Shown: one piece after another, positions 1 to 12,668 of the stretch
How positions within the stretch are numbered: position 1 is the stretch's first letter
How the letters are laid out: every line of letters starts with the position of its first letter
Assembly: GCA_028534125.1 (NCBI GenBank)
Contig: CM052816.1
Coordinates: 99,388,001 to 99,452,000 of the forward strand
Length of the DNA stretch: 64,000 bases
DNA from: Lama glama
Lineage: Eukaryota
Direction: 5' to 3'
Notes under the pieces: model-generated
Seen by the model: the letters and a program-made list of their open reading frames with translations, nothing else
The model's database searches: none
Told to the model about the DNA's origin: nothing
Position numbers and translations under genes: made by a program

Positions 1-1297
1 CTGACTCCCACCAGCTCATATGACCAGGCTGTAAGAGGGGCTTTGATGCACTTTCTTAAGTTAAGTGAAGCACAGTTTTTACACAGGAAAAAAAAATGTA
101 ATACACACTGGTCACCATGTAGCCATGAGAACTGGAGAGAAAAAGGGGGGGGGGGCGCAGAGGAGGCGCAGGAGAGGAGGAAAAGGAAGGGGGAAACCTG
201 GGTCTCTTTCTGTTCTGCTGGCTGGATACCTTGCTCTTGACACTGGCTTGTCAGGTGTTCCGATCCTGGTGACAAGAACCCACTGAATCCAGCACTGATG
301 ATTTAATGAGCCTGAGGGGACAGTCTTTCTTATTCCAAAAACAACATTCAGAGTTTTCTTTCTGTGAATGTTTTTACGAATGAATTTGAAATGCTTTTGT
401 TTTAAGGAACAGAATGAACCATATTGTGTGAGAAATGAACAATGACTCCTTATTTTCCTGTGAATCCTGACCCCTTCCTTGGCGGGGAGATTGACTACAT
501 ACATTTCCCTGTTACCCAGGACTTCCATTTTTCAGTCTTAATACAGTTTTTCTTTTTCTTTTTTTCTTTTTTTAAACTTTTTTCCCCTTTATGATGAGTG
601 TTTCTTTTTATCTCCCTGTGATGCTAGTTTCTGTAGGTCTTAAGGGTTGCTTGTCATATTTGTGATTGAGAAAATTACTCTAAAATTTTGTTTGTGGATA
701 CAATGATTCTAAAATAACAGTCATGTAATATCACCATTAGGTTGATGTTAAAACAACAGAAACTAAAATAATAAGCAACGGGGGAAAAAGAGCAGAAACC
801 ATGTTACTGGGAGGTGGCCGCCTACAGTCGCAAGCAGGCCCAGTGAGCCCCTGCGACTCAGGGCAGTCACGGGCTCCAGGAGGTAACAATCACGACTTAA
901 AAAATACAAGCCAAGAGTGAGGTTTAAAAATCTTAGGTTTTTTTTTAGGATTTCCTGACAACTTTTTGTGTTTTTCTGACAGCAGTACAGTTTACTTAGG
1001 GATGATCTGGGGGATAATGTTGTACTTACTGAGCCCCTAAGCTAAGCACCTGTTTTCTCCAGAACCTAGGTGGGACACCCACATTAAATCCAGTCACTGC
1101 AACTCTAAGAAATTGAGAAAATGGACCGCACGACCGAGCTTTCTGTAGAACCAAAGCACAATGTATTTTCAAAGTACAATTTCATGCATTTCTTGAAGTT
1201 CTTGAGAAATTCTTCCACCAGTACTTTTTGGAATGTGATGGTTCTCGCTCTGACTTCAGAGCAGAGTTTAGTTAATCATGAAGTTAACTGTCTACAT

Positions 1298-1385
1298 CAG
1301 TGGGTTTCAATATAAAGTAGTTTTGACCCTCAGCCCGGAGACATTTGGCCGTGTTTGGAGACACGCTTGTTTGTCTCAGTGACCA
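1298..1385 (+). mobile_element. MER20-like hAT-Charlie DNA transposon fragment
   Basis: cagtgggtttcaa...gacatttggccgtgtttggagacac...tttgtctca resembles the MER20 5' end (cagtggttctcaa...gacatttggcaatgtctggagacatt). Confidence 0.65.
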
Positions 1386-1659
1386 GCGCCACTGCCCTCT
1401 TCTGTGCAGAGGTCAACACTCTACAGCAAAGAGGGCAGGACTCATGGCAAGGCGTCGTTCTGCCCCAGATGCCAAAGCCGGGACCCTTCGTTCCTCTCGA
1501 TGCTGCGCACTGATGCTCCAGCTGTTGATTCTCTGCTGTTTACCAGGCATTCTTCAGAGACGCGTGATGTGCAGACCACTAATCTTGTACTTTCCATTAA
1601 CATTACCTGGATTCTTCCTCCAAATGACAGAACTGAAATATGTGACACAGGAGGGGCCT

Positions 1660-2150
1660 CGGAGACCGTCTGCTTGTCCTGCCAGGCCAGCCCCGAGCAG
1701 GAGGTCTGGCTGCGCGGCCTCGACCGGCTCCTCCGAAGGAGCTGGAGGGTAAGATGAGCCTCACGATGCTGACAAACAGCTCCCCTTCCTGGCACGCGTC
1801 TCGCATTTCCTGGGGGCACCTCTCGCCCCCCGCAAGGTGGCCCTCTTCCGGACAGGCCGCTGAAGCGCGCCGCCGCGCCCCTGCCGGTGGCCTCCCCGCC
1901 CGGGCTGGGCCCGGCCGCACAGACGTGGTTTTAAGGGAGCTACGTCTCAACTCTGACTGTTCCGACTGGGTTACACTTAGGGGAAACATGAAACAAAACT
2001 CTTCTCCAGACACTGACTTTGAGAAAGCGTCTTCCGTGCAGTTTTATGCCCCCCCGGAGAGCTGCACGCAGCCGGGCCGCCACGGCCGCGACTCCCGAGG
2101 GCGCCGCTCCAGCTTTACGTTCAGAGGGGATTGTGTCCGCCGCATTTACT
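1660..2150. promoter_or_regulatory. Small CpG-island-like patch, possible weak or alternative promoter
   Basis: Dense CpGs and GC boxes (gcgcgccgccgcgccc, ccccgccc) in an AT-richer background; minus-strand donor-like CAG|GTAATG at 1607/1606. Confidence 0.5.
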
Positions 2151-2719
2151 GTAAGTGATGGATCTTCATGCGTGAGTTTCAAAAGCCTTCAAGCGACGGA
2201 GAGACCTTATAGAAATCAAGTTAAAAGGGGAAGGAAGAGGGGAAGAACGGCCCTGATGCGCTCAATGATCAATAATCTGTATTTTAAGAGCCGATCAAAA
2301 CCACAGGGGATGGAAACTCTCGCGGAAAACGCAAACCAAGCACTGGATGGATCACACAACGGAGCGCTGGCTTCAGTGGCATATAAACAAACAAACAAAA
2401 TACAGGAGCTTTATTAGAAAAACTGACTCGTTTGTCAAAGGCAGACTCAAAGAGGATGAAAAACACTGTGACCCAGGGTAGCGTCTCCAGCGTCAGTGGT
2501 CCTCGTAGCTCATGCCGGCCTCTTCGTGGGTAGTTGTTCTGAAATACTTTTAAAGGAACAGAAACTACAAGGTTCTTTCTTCTTGGGCAGTTCCCTAAAT
2601 TATTAAATTGATAACTTCATGTTAGGAATGACATTTAGGATACAAGCTTTTTATTTGGGTTCATGAAATTGTAGGAAAGGGCCATACACTCCATGAAACT
2701 GGCTACAGTTTTAAACGTC

Positions 2720-2915
2720 AATGTATAAAGTCAGGCAGAGGGTCTCATCCTTTGTTGATAACAGTGTAGGCAGACTCAGTTTTTTTGGAGGTGAAGTTGG
2801 CAGTATACTTAAAAAATAAAAATCTATATATCTTAGGATGCAGCAATCTGTATGTTGATACATTCATAGGGCACCGCTGTCTGCGTACAAGAAGAGTTTG
2901 TACAAGGATGACCTC
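2720..2915 (+). mobile_element. Ancient L1 (L1ME-like) ORF2 3' fragment
   Basis: ttttttggaggtgaagttggcagtata...cagcaatctg...tgtacaaggatg is colinear with the old L1M 3' region. Confidence 0.55.
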
Positions 2916-3449
2916 TGAAGAAGGAAGATGCAGCAGACCGTTTCACAAGGGATGAATCTAGCAGTTGTCTTGGATTCATCCACTGCCCTCAACTATCATT
3001 CCCCACCCATCAGCAGTAATTACTTTAAACAAAACAAAACAAAAAAAAAGTAGCTTAAATAAAAACAGGAAAAAAAACCATGAAAATACAATTTAGCAAG
3101 TAAAAAAAAAAAGAGAGAGAAAGAAAAAAGAGAGAGAGGGAACTATACATGCCAAGGTGAAAAGCTAGCCAAGACAAGCTCCTCCATGGAAAAAGTAAGT
3201 TACCAAAGATTCTGTAAAACTGTAATTATTGAGTTAAAAAAATAAATCTCTGTCTTTACATCAACACATACATTTGTATATGCATATACAAGAAAATTCT
3301 GAAAATCAGCTCTCAAACCCCGTGGTTTCTTCTGAGAATGATATTGAGGAGAGCTCAAGGACTTGTCTAAGAAATATATATAAAATCTCAGAATCTTGAG
3401 ATGTGAGCAGCAGGAAGTCTCACACTTGAAGGATCAGCTCTGCAGATGC

Positions 3450-4070
3450 AGGGAGCAGCAAGAGTAAGGGCCACTGAAGGCAAGATGGAAAGGCCAGTCC
3501 GTGAGGGTGAGGATGCAGCTGAGTGGGCAAAGAGAGCGAAAGAAGACAGTCAGAGGTGGTCCAGGGACCAGCGTGTCGTAGACAGGGCTGGCTGAAGAGT
3601 TCAGACTCAGATTAATGGCAGAGAAATCCATTAGAGAGTTTGAAGCACGTACAATTCAGATACACAATTTCTCTTTTGAAGAGATGGTGATCAAGAATGG
3701 CCAAAGGCAGGAGCAGGAAGGCTGGTTGGCCCTTGACCTGCTCTGGTGGGAGGGGATGGCAGCTCCTATGAGGACTCAGCAGTGGAAAAGGAAAGCAGTG
3801 GTCACCCCAGGATACACCTTAACAGTAGGGGTGACATCCTGAGGGCTCCAAAGCTGAGAGATGAGGGAGAGCGATGAACAAAGGAATCCAAGGTTTTCGC
3901 CTGAGTCCTTGGGTGAATGGTGGTGCCATTTCTGAGGGTGGGGAGCACTGGGGGCGACCAGCATCTACGTCGGGGTCCTTCTGGGAACGTGGGTTTAAGC
4001 TTCTGGGAACCTCAGTAGACATACACCTCTGTGCCTGCTGAGAGGAACTGCCTCCAGCAGAAGGCAGCTC
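3450..4070 (-). mobile_element. L2 LINE fragment
   Basis: gagggagagcgatgaacaaaggaatccaaggttttcgcctgagtccttgggtgaatggtggtgccatttctgag matches a characteristic antisense L2 motif. Confidence 0.75.
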
Positions 4071-6569
4071 AGCGTTAGCAACTAAAAATAAAGTCTGAAA
4101 TTTTGTAAATAAAGTAAGATCCACCACTGAAATGATTACTTGAATATCAAGATCTACCTGGATACTTTATTTATTTGCTTGTATGTTTTTTTTTTTTTTT
4201 GCCTGGTATGTTTATTTAGACCTCAAAGCGCACTGAATACTTTTGGGTCTCTATGAAGAACATACTGCATTCTCTTCGTGGAGGTCCTTAGTAATTCATA
4301 TATATTTTAACACCTTGAATGTTTGTGTTTTAAAAGAAATCAAAGAAAAGAACACAGGAAAAAAAGGAGTTCCCTATTGGAAGCTCAGCAGATCTCAGAT
4401 AAAGCTGCTTGTGAATCACCAACTCTTTCTGGGATAACAAAAGTACCTGTAGACAAATTGGATACAGAAAACAAGGTAAATAAGGTTTTAATTATTTGCC
4501 GGGGTTACTGTGGGTCTGTGCCAGAACCACGCTTACAATCATACATTTTGTAAAATAAGCTCAATATTTTATTTGGATTTAATCATGACGGTGTATGGAT
4601 GGTGGTTCGCCAAAGAATAATAAAGTTAAATTAGGTGCAAGGATTATCAATATTACTAAAGGCAGGAAAATATGGCTACAAACAAATAAAAAACCCTCTT
4701 ACAGTGGAGAGATATGTTTCTAATATGTTTTCTACAGGAGTTTTTATTCTGGAAAATTTCTCACTTTATCTGCAATTCTCTCTACATCTTTTACCAAAAC
4801 CACAGGCCAACATATTGTTAGAAGAAGGATTTAAAATTATGAATGCAATACAGCTTCACGCTTTTATGTTGATTCATAATCATTTTTTTTAAATCTGACA
4901 TTCCATTTGTGGTTTGATTTAAAACAGGGACTGCATGAATATAGTAGGAGGTAATTTATCCAATAGTTTGCACATGAAAAACATCCAAACAGTGTAATTA
5001 TTCTAAAATAATGATTATTTATTTAGCAAAATAAAGCCACTGTGATCATTGGAGAAAAAGATATCTCCTGGTGTGAATTATTCATGAGCTCCTCCACAGG
5101 GCTGTGAATGATGCTGGTAGCCCCCTCATGTCGCTGGACGCAGAATGATCGGGGCTGGGCATGAGTGGGTCAAAACAACCCTGTCAGAGGCCATTTCTTG
5201 CTGTAAAACTCATATAAACTTCATGGAACAAGGGCCATTTGTTTCAGAGCAGAAGATGCTCAGAAGGAAAGGGTAATTATAAAGGGAAGTGAAAAGACAG
5301 TGACCCGGGCTCTGATAATCTTCCTTGAGGTGGGTTTTAAGGATTTGAAGGCCTTCCTAATCTTTCTGTCTTCCCCTTTCTTGGTTGCCTGCAGCATCCC
5401 CGTCTCCCCTTTCCCAGATGCCTAGTCGGTAAGGAGGCATGCGCTGGGCGCACCCGTCTTCAGACTGCAAGGGTTGCTTTCTTCTTATTAAGAAAACGAG
5501 CATGAGTAGGTGTTGAAATATTAATTTTCTCTGGGAAGATGGCTAAGTCTATAGAATGTCTGTGTTTGTTTTCTGTTTCAGATTAACCCGGTTTCTTTGA
5601 TGCAAAATAAAGGCAGAGCTTTAATATATTTGTATCAAATAAAATGTTCTATGAGACATGGATTTTTGAATTTCACTTATTTTTTCCAATCTACTTTATG
5701 TCTATTATTGGTACCAAACTTTATGAGCATAAACATTTCTTTAATAATTTTACTCCATTGGATTCAAAATGTGTGAATTCTTATTAATTCATATCAGGTC
5801 AGATGCTAAACATCACTAGTTAGAGATTTTCTAATAGACTAGCCATCTCAGGATATTAGTTTGTACAGACTGGGATATGTGAAATCCATCAACATTTCCT
5901 CGAAAAGTAACAAGGAAACAGGATTCTCAGTGGTAACACACACACAAGCATCTATTTGATCATGGAAGTACAAAGAGAGTCATGATCGATTATTTACTAA
6001 TTGCTACTCCGTGTAGGTATTACACATAGATCAATCATCGGAGCTCATATTCATGTGGATTTTAACCCAGCAAGAAAATAGCAAAGGAAAGGTAAAAACC
6101 TGGAAGATAAAACACTGAGATTTACACATCCCAGGATACACTGAAGATATTTCAGTCTTTGAGGTGCCAGTAAAATTATAGAGTATCCGATAACGGCTCT
6201 ACCTGGTGCTTTCTTTGACTGATGAGAGCCGAGAAAGGGAAAGACAGAAAGATTAAGAAGGCCTTAAAATCCATATGACTAAATAAAACTGTCCTTATTT
6301 ACTAACATCACAGACTGTTACCAAAATAGCCTGCAGCTACAGTGGCTCACAGAAATGATGCAGCTTTGCTGACGGGGTGCAGGGGAGCAGACGTCTGGCA
6401 GCGAAAATGAAGCAAGATTTTTAAATTAAATTAATTAATGGGTAAAATGCAAAAGATAAAGGAAAACCTTCTTGTTCCTGACGGTTGTTCTTCTGGTAAA
6501 TCAATCAGAGAAGGAGTAAATACTGGTTTGCTTTTCCTTCTCTGATTAAGTGTCACTAAAGCTTCAATT

Positions 6570-6570
<1 letters not shown>

Positions 6571-6604
<34 letters not shown>
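6571..6604. repeat. (CT)11(GT)6 compound microsatellite
   Basis: Read directly from the sequence. Confidence 0.95.
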
Positions 6605-7031
6605 CTCTTTTTATCGTAATTTCAATCCAACATCACTTAAAAGTTTGCCCTACAGGAGAAAATCTTAGGACTCAATATGATGGTCACATATTTTCCCAGA
6701 AATAAAAGAAAAACCTTTGTTTCCTGGAAACACACTACATGCAAACAACATCCCTGTCTTTTCCAAGTATGGTCTTTACCTTTGCCACCTTCTTGGCAAA
6801 AGGCCTGGAAACCCTTAGCCAATATAATAGAACAAAGTAGTATTTTTTCAATTAGGAAGGTTTTAGATTTCAAGAGTGAGTAATTAGGTAGAGTCAGTAT
6901 TGAACCTGTATGTTGCTGTCAACATTTATTTGCTATAATATCACTGGCCTCTCCCAGTACAGCCTCGTTTGAACAACTAACTCTGGTCCTTATCTGGAAT
7001 CCTTTGGGGATCTTTTCCTAGGATGATTCCT

Positions 7032-7138
7032 GGGAAGAAAGGGGAAAAAAGGAAAGAAAGAAGGAAAGGAGGAAGGAAGGAAAGAAGGAAGGAAGGGAAG
7101 GAAGGAGGGAGGAAAGAAGAAAGGAAGGAAGGGAAAGA
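7032..7138. repeat. Degenerate (GGAA)n polypurine tract
   Basis: About 105 nt of only A/G with GGAA/GAAA units. Confidence 0.9.
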
Positions 7139-10100
7139 TAAAAACTCAAGGACAATTTGGCTTCTATTATTACAAAATAATGATCACTCTTCATGATGCG
7201 TTTCTGTTTGAAAGGAATAATGAACTGATTCTCTTTTGAGTGTCTCTGAGAATGTGAAGGGATACGTAGTGAGGAACGAAGAAGTGTCACACTCGACGAA
7301 AATCTAACACCATAACGGAAAATCGGAATTTGCAAAACATGGTATAAGATGGTGGAATCTGCTGACTTTTTACTAAAATACACTGCTGTTGAGTCCCCTT
7401 TGTGCTGAGATGGATTTAATTATTTTTCACTCATTATATGCATAATGTTTCTGAAAGTCTTATTGACTTACATGACGTGTGAGAGTGCGTCTTTGAGGCC
7501 AAACTGCCCCGGGCACCCTGAGAGGTCGCCCAGGGCTCTGCTCGGCGCATTCTGCAGATGACCGGGTCCCGCTCGCGAAACTCTCCACACTGCATTACAG
7601 ACGAAATGATGGTTACAGACCATTTTAACACTTTACTGTTTCAAAAGTGCCTCCTTGGAAGTCACCGATATTTTTCCTGCTTTGCAAAAGACTTCAGGAC
7701 TTTATGCTGTTGCCTGAATGAACTGGGGACCAGCTCAGGGCTACCTTTCAAATCTCAGAAAAGCAAAAGTTTTTACCTGTGCACACGGCATTCCTGGGAC
7801 AGGGAGGCCCGAGGCTAGCAACTAGGTTGAGTGGGTAACTGTTTTGCTGCTCAGATGGGATACATAGCATGTCGATCAGACAATCAATAGTCCAAAATAC
7901 ATATAGATATAAGAATTCCATTAAAAAATTAATTGTACATTAGTACTTACAATGTCTGGTCAAAAAATTGATCATTTTTCTTTCCATTCGATACCTGAGA
8001 AATTTTCACAAAGAAAGAAACTTATTAAGAACAAGGAAATATAAGCGAGACATAAAAGAGCAAATCCGCTCCTGTGATGTGTACCTGGCACCCATCACTC
8101 TGATCACAGACAGGGCGTGGACGTTCCAAAACGGTGTCTTAGGCGAATGTGCAAAGCTCTGGGGATCCGCACCATCCTTTTTATTTTTCCCTTGTTGCAT
8201 GTCATTGTGACTTGGGATAAGATCCACTGCTGCATCTCCATCTGGGAAACCAGCTTGGTGGGGAAGCCCACAGAGCTGCTTGTGGTTTGCCAGAGCTTCG
8301 AAATCAACAGAAAATTAAGACCAAGTGCTGAATGCGTGCCTGAAAATCCTTTTACAGATGAGCCCTAGGAATGCACGTTCACTGAAGCATGCCCTTTGCA
8401 AACACTCTTCCCTTATATGTTTTCCGGAACTATTGATGGAGAACCCTCTTCCAGTAAGACGACTCTCGGGTACATGCTGTCAACGTATGGCCGATAGAAA
8501 CGACGTAACCGTGCCGACACGCTCCCGTACCTCAGAGCAGGCCTCCCCTTTATGTGGGTAGCGCTCGCTGTTGGAGCAGGAGAGCCCCAAAGATGAAGGG
8601 AGAACGCTCGCAGCGTCCAACGGAAGACGACTTCGATCCACCCCCGAGGCGGAGCTTGAAGGGCGTTGCACTGAGTTCCCATCTCCTTCCGCCGGGTGTC
8701 GCACACGCCCCCTCCTCTCCAGCGGCCAGAGCAAAGGTTGGTCTTTCCGGTCTTCCCTTGTGAAAATCTTGCACACAGACAGAGCCAATGAATGACGCCA
8801 TGCCGTCTGTGTATCTGGAGCTTGAGCGACGGCCAAACAATCTTCAACTGGGTGGCGCCTCGTTCTTACAGCAAACCTCACAACTGCTGTCACTGCTTTG
8901 CAGCTGAGAGGGCCGATTCTCAGAGGTCCCGGGACCTGCCTGAGGAAGGGGCCGTGGGGAGGTCAGGCGCACGGTGAGAACTCAGGTTTTCTGACATCCT
9001 GGCCCACGCTCCCTTTAACGTTCCACGTGGCGCGGCCCAGAATCCTTTGCACTGCACACTCACGTCAACGTAGCGGACGGAGCGTCAGAAGACAGCGTAT
9101 GTTGTTTCTTCAAGGAGGATGACGGCCCGGATAAGGAACGTTTTGAAACATTGAAGCGTGACTTTCACATGAGGAAACTATTTCTATTTTAGCCTGTAAG
9201 ACACTATCCGAACTAAGACTCGGTCTGGATTAGACACTTGCCATTCACACAAGGCAAATCCGAGCTATTTCCCAGTAAGATGAGCAGACGCAGCGATGCT
9301 GCTGCGTCTTCTGTTTCTCCCTTAACCCTCTGCAGGACTGACGTGCAATCCGGGCCGATGTGAAAAACAAAATGCGGCCACAGGAATAAACCTGTGCGGG
9401 ATGGGGTGCCTCACTAAGCTCCTTCCTTGAGGTTGCTTTATTTTAAATAGAAGTCACTCCAACGTTAGGTTAGCACATCTAAGTGTCGTAATTCTACCGT
9501 CATACAAAAATTCAAACAATGCTTTCTAGCTAAAGTATACAGTTTTGCACACAGAAGTGTTTGTCACTAGTAAGGATGTTATACTGTTCAGCAAAACCTC
9601 ACCTGAAGAATTTTCAGCGCCATAATGGAAAGACCAAAGAAAAGACTAAAACCAAAACAAACAAAAACCTCCACCTGACAAGTGTGAAATAACGTTAGTA
9701 AAACTGATTTTAAAATATACGTAGATTATTAACAAGCAAGACAGAGAATAAACACACCGTCCATTGATGGATCTCATTCAGTAGCTTCTGACGCTTTTGG
9801 TATTTCTACACTTTGGACGACTTACATTAGAATTTTTCACCACAGGAAAAAAAGAGATTGCTCATGTGTAAGTTTTTTTTCAAGTCTGCTTGTGAATAGA
9901 TCAACCACAGACCAAGCGCCCTTTTATACAGAATAAAGTTAGCTGAGGGTCATTTAGCGAGCATTTACTCTACGGAAGTGCGTTCGCCCTCCAGTTCCTT
10001 GAGCTGCAATCGGTCGTCGTATCTCAAGCCGCAATGACAAAAGTGCTTTTGAGCAGGAGGTCGTCAACCAACCAGGAATCCTGGACAAGAGACCCTGGCT

Positions 10101-12061
10101 GAGAGCACATGGAGGTGCCCTCCTTGCGGTGAGGACTGGGAGAAAGGTTTGTGGGAACAGAGCAGCTCCGCGTTTGTCTGGGGGCACAGCCCACTGCTGG
10201 GGAACACCAGCCCTGTAGGCCCCGGGCTTCAGGCACACATGTTCCAAGTCTCTGCCGTCTGCTCTCCGTGGAAAAACGGTGGAGAAACACAGTGACTGAT
10301 GTCATCTCCTCAGATGCCAGACCCCAGAAGACCCGCTTATTCATGTTACAGTGGGCTCTTCATTTTTCTCTCCTAATCTAACTATAGAAAGATAGTCTGT
10401 GACTTAAAAAACAAAACAAAACAAAACTCCAGAGTGGTGAGTCCTTTCAGGCGACAGGGCTGAAGTTCACAGTCTCCTTGTAGGTGTGATGTTTCCATCT
10501 GCCCACCATGAGTATCTCATGTTCTAAAGAATCACTAAATGTCTGCTTCTCTCTTTTATGTCTGCTCTTTTTTTTCTTTTCTTCTTGAAAAACAGACCAA
10601 AAAATAAGCATGAAATGAAAACAACATCAAAACTCAAAAACAAAAAAGAGAGGTAATAAAAAAGCAGCAGTGATGTCTTGACAAAAGGTCCAGCCCTTCC
10701 ATCCTTCCACCTGCTGACCATCCCAACACGGTCCCTGTGACGTTCTCAAAGCCATAAGATCTGTCCCAGCGCCCCCCGGAGTTATGCAGGAAAGCTGCTG
10801 TGGTTTTCGAAGGTGGAGCTCCTGATTAACTGAGTGATGCTCTCTTGGCCCCAGTGTCCACACACTGCTCTGTTCACAGACTGAGAATGCTGCCAAAGTC
10901 TGCTTCTAGCAGCATCTCTTCCCAATGGTTTCCTTAGTGCTGGTGTTAGAAGCACCTTCCTCCTCTTCTGAGCCTTCAGAGCACAGGCATATCTCTCAGG
11001 CAGCATCTACGACTCCACCTCACCTGCCCTACAGCCCCTCTTCCTCTGATGTCCTCCATCTGTGTAGGTCCCCTGAGGACAGAGTCACTTGCCTCTGAAA
11101 TTCTTGCACAGCACATGGTGCCAAGCTCCAAGTATATCAGTGTTAAATGCATGCTGAGAGAAGGAGCAAGAATTCTTCTAAGACAAAATCCCCATGGTAT
11201 TCTTAATTCTCTATTAAGAGCACCATTATGACATGTAAGGGACTTTATTTCTGGAAGGTTCGTTGATAAAAACAACATAAAAAAAACTATGTGAGAGGAA
11301 ATGATCTACTTTGGATGGTTGGTTAAAGCTCATCAGAAGGAAGACTGTGGTGGAACAATGGGAGATTTTATATTACAAAAGTGCTCCATTTGTTTCATTG
11401 GTAGGAATAAAAAAAATTGGCAATGCTCAGATCGTTGCTTGATTTGGCCCTGCAAGCTTCCCCACTTGTGTCAAAGTAAAACATTCTTGTCCTGAGTGTT
11501 TTCTTATCTTAATGTTCGGGAGCCTGACTGGATTTTGTCAGTGGAGTTCTGTTACCATTGCATTTCTTAACTTGCTGGAGTTACCTGACTCACCTGCCTC
11601 AGGAACAATGCAGAGGCTTTCCTGACTGGATGAAGGGTTCACATTGGCAAAAGAGCGCAGAACACCTGTCAGACATAGGAGACTGAGAGGGTGAGGGATG
11701 GGCACTCTAATTATTTTGTTTCAAAGAGTCTGTTGTGCAGGCATGGTGACTGACCAGAATAACGTGGCCACAGGCTATGAAAATACTATACAAAGAAGCC
11801 ACCTTAGGAAGTTGTTTCTGAACATTTATGGCCAGAAGGCAACTTGGAAGCTCAGATCCTTCTGTTTTCCCCCTGGCTCTCGACAGGAAGGTGTCCTTGC
11901 TTCTAACCCCCCTGCCCTCTCTTTGATGAGGAAGAGTCACTGTTGGCTGGAGGTGCTGGTTCGCACAGGTGCTGTCAGTCTCTAGGGAGACCTGGATGCG
12001 GCTACTGACTTGCCTGATACGTAAAATGTTGCTTCTGTGGCCTCCTTCCCAGGAACCTGCA

Positions 12062-12228
12062 CTTTGAAATTGAGCAACATACCTCCAAATGGCCCATGGG
12101 TCAACAGTGAATCTCAAGAGAATGATTATAAAAATACAACCTATGGAAATTTGTGAGATGCAGCTACAGCAGTCCTGAGAGGACAAAGTATAACCTCAAT
12201 TGCTTATTTTAGAAAAGCCGAAAGGTCT
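12062..12228 (+). mobile_element. Old L1 ORF2 internal fragment
   Basis: cccatgggtcaacagtgaatctcaagaga...aatttgtgagatgcagctacagcagtcctgagagg...tgcttattttagaaaag follows L1 ORF2 just downstream of the endonuclease domain. Confidence 0.75.
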
Positions 12229-12258
12229 TGTCTGCAGTCTCTGGGCATCAGAAGGTAT

Positions 12259-12668
12259 CATGGGGCAGGTTGAATAGTTTCCCGCAGAAAAATATATTGA
12301 AATCTTCTCCCTGGAACCTGTGGATGTGGCCTTATTTGGAAACTTTGCAGCTGTCATCAAGTTAAGATGAGGTCCTGCTGGATTGGAGGGACCTTAGTCC
12401 AATGACAGGGGTCCTATAAGAAGAGGGGACTTTAGGCCCAGACACTCAGAAGCAAGGTGAGACTACAGTTATACAGCGGCAAGCCTGGGGTCGCCAAGGA
12501 TTCCCTCAGTCATCAGAAGCTGGAAAAGGCAATGGGAAGGGCCCTCGAAGGGAGTGCAGGCTTGTGGATACCTGGCTCTTAGACTCTAGCCTCCAGAACA
12601 GAGAGAGAACTCATCTCTGTTGTTTTAAGCCTCCCTCCTGTGGTGCCTTGTGATGGAAACTCATGCAC
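12259..12668 (+). mobile_element. MLT1 (MaLR) solo LTR, MLT1B/C-like
   Basis: gaacctgtggatgtggccttatttggaaa...ttaagatgaggtc...ctagcctccagaac...ctgttgttttaagcc. Confidence 0.85.

Noticed and set aside
8050..8950. CpG-rich stretch with several ORFs, possible large exon or retrocopy
   Set aside because: No frame spans the region, no protein is recognisable, and there is no poly(A) or TSD.
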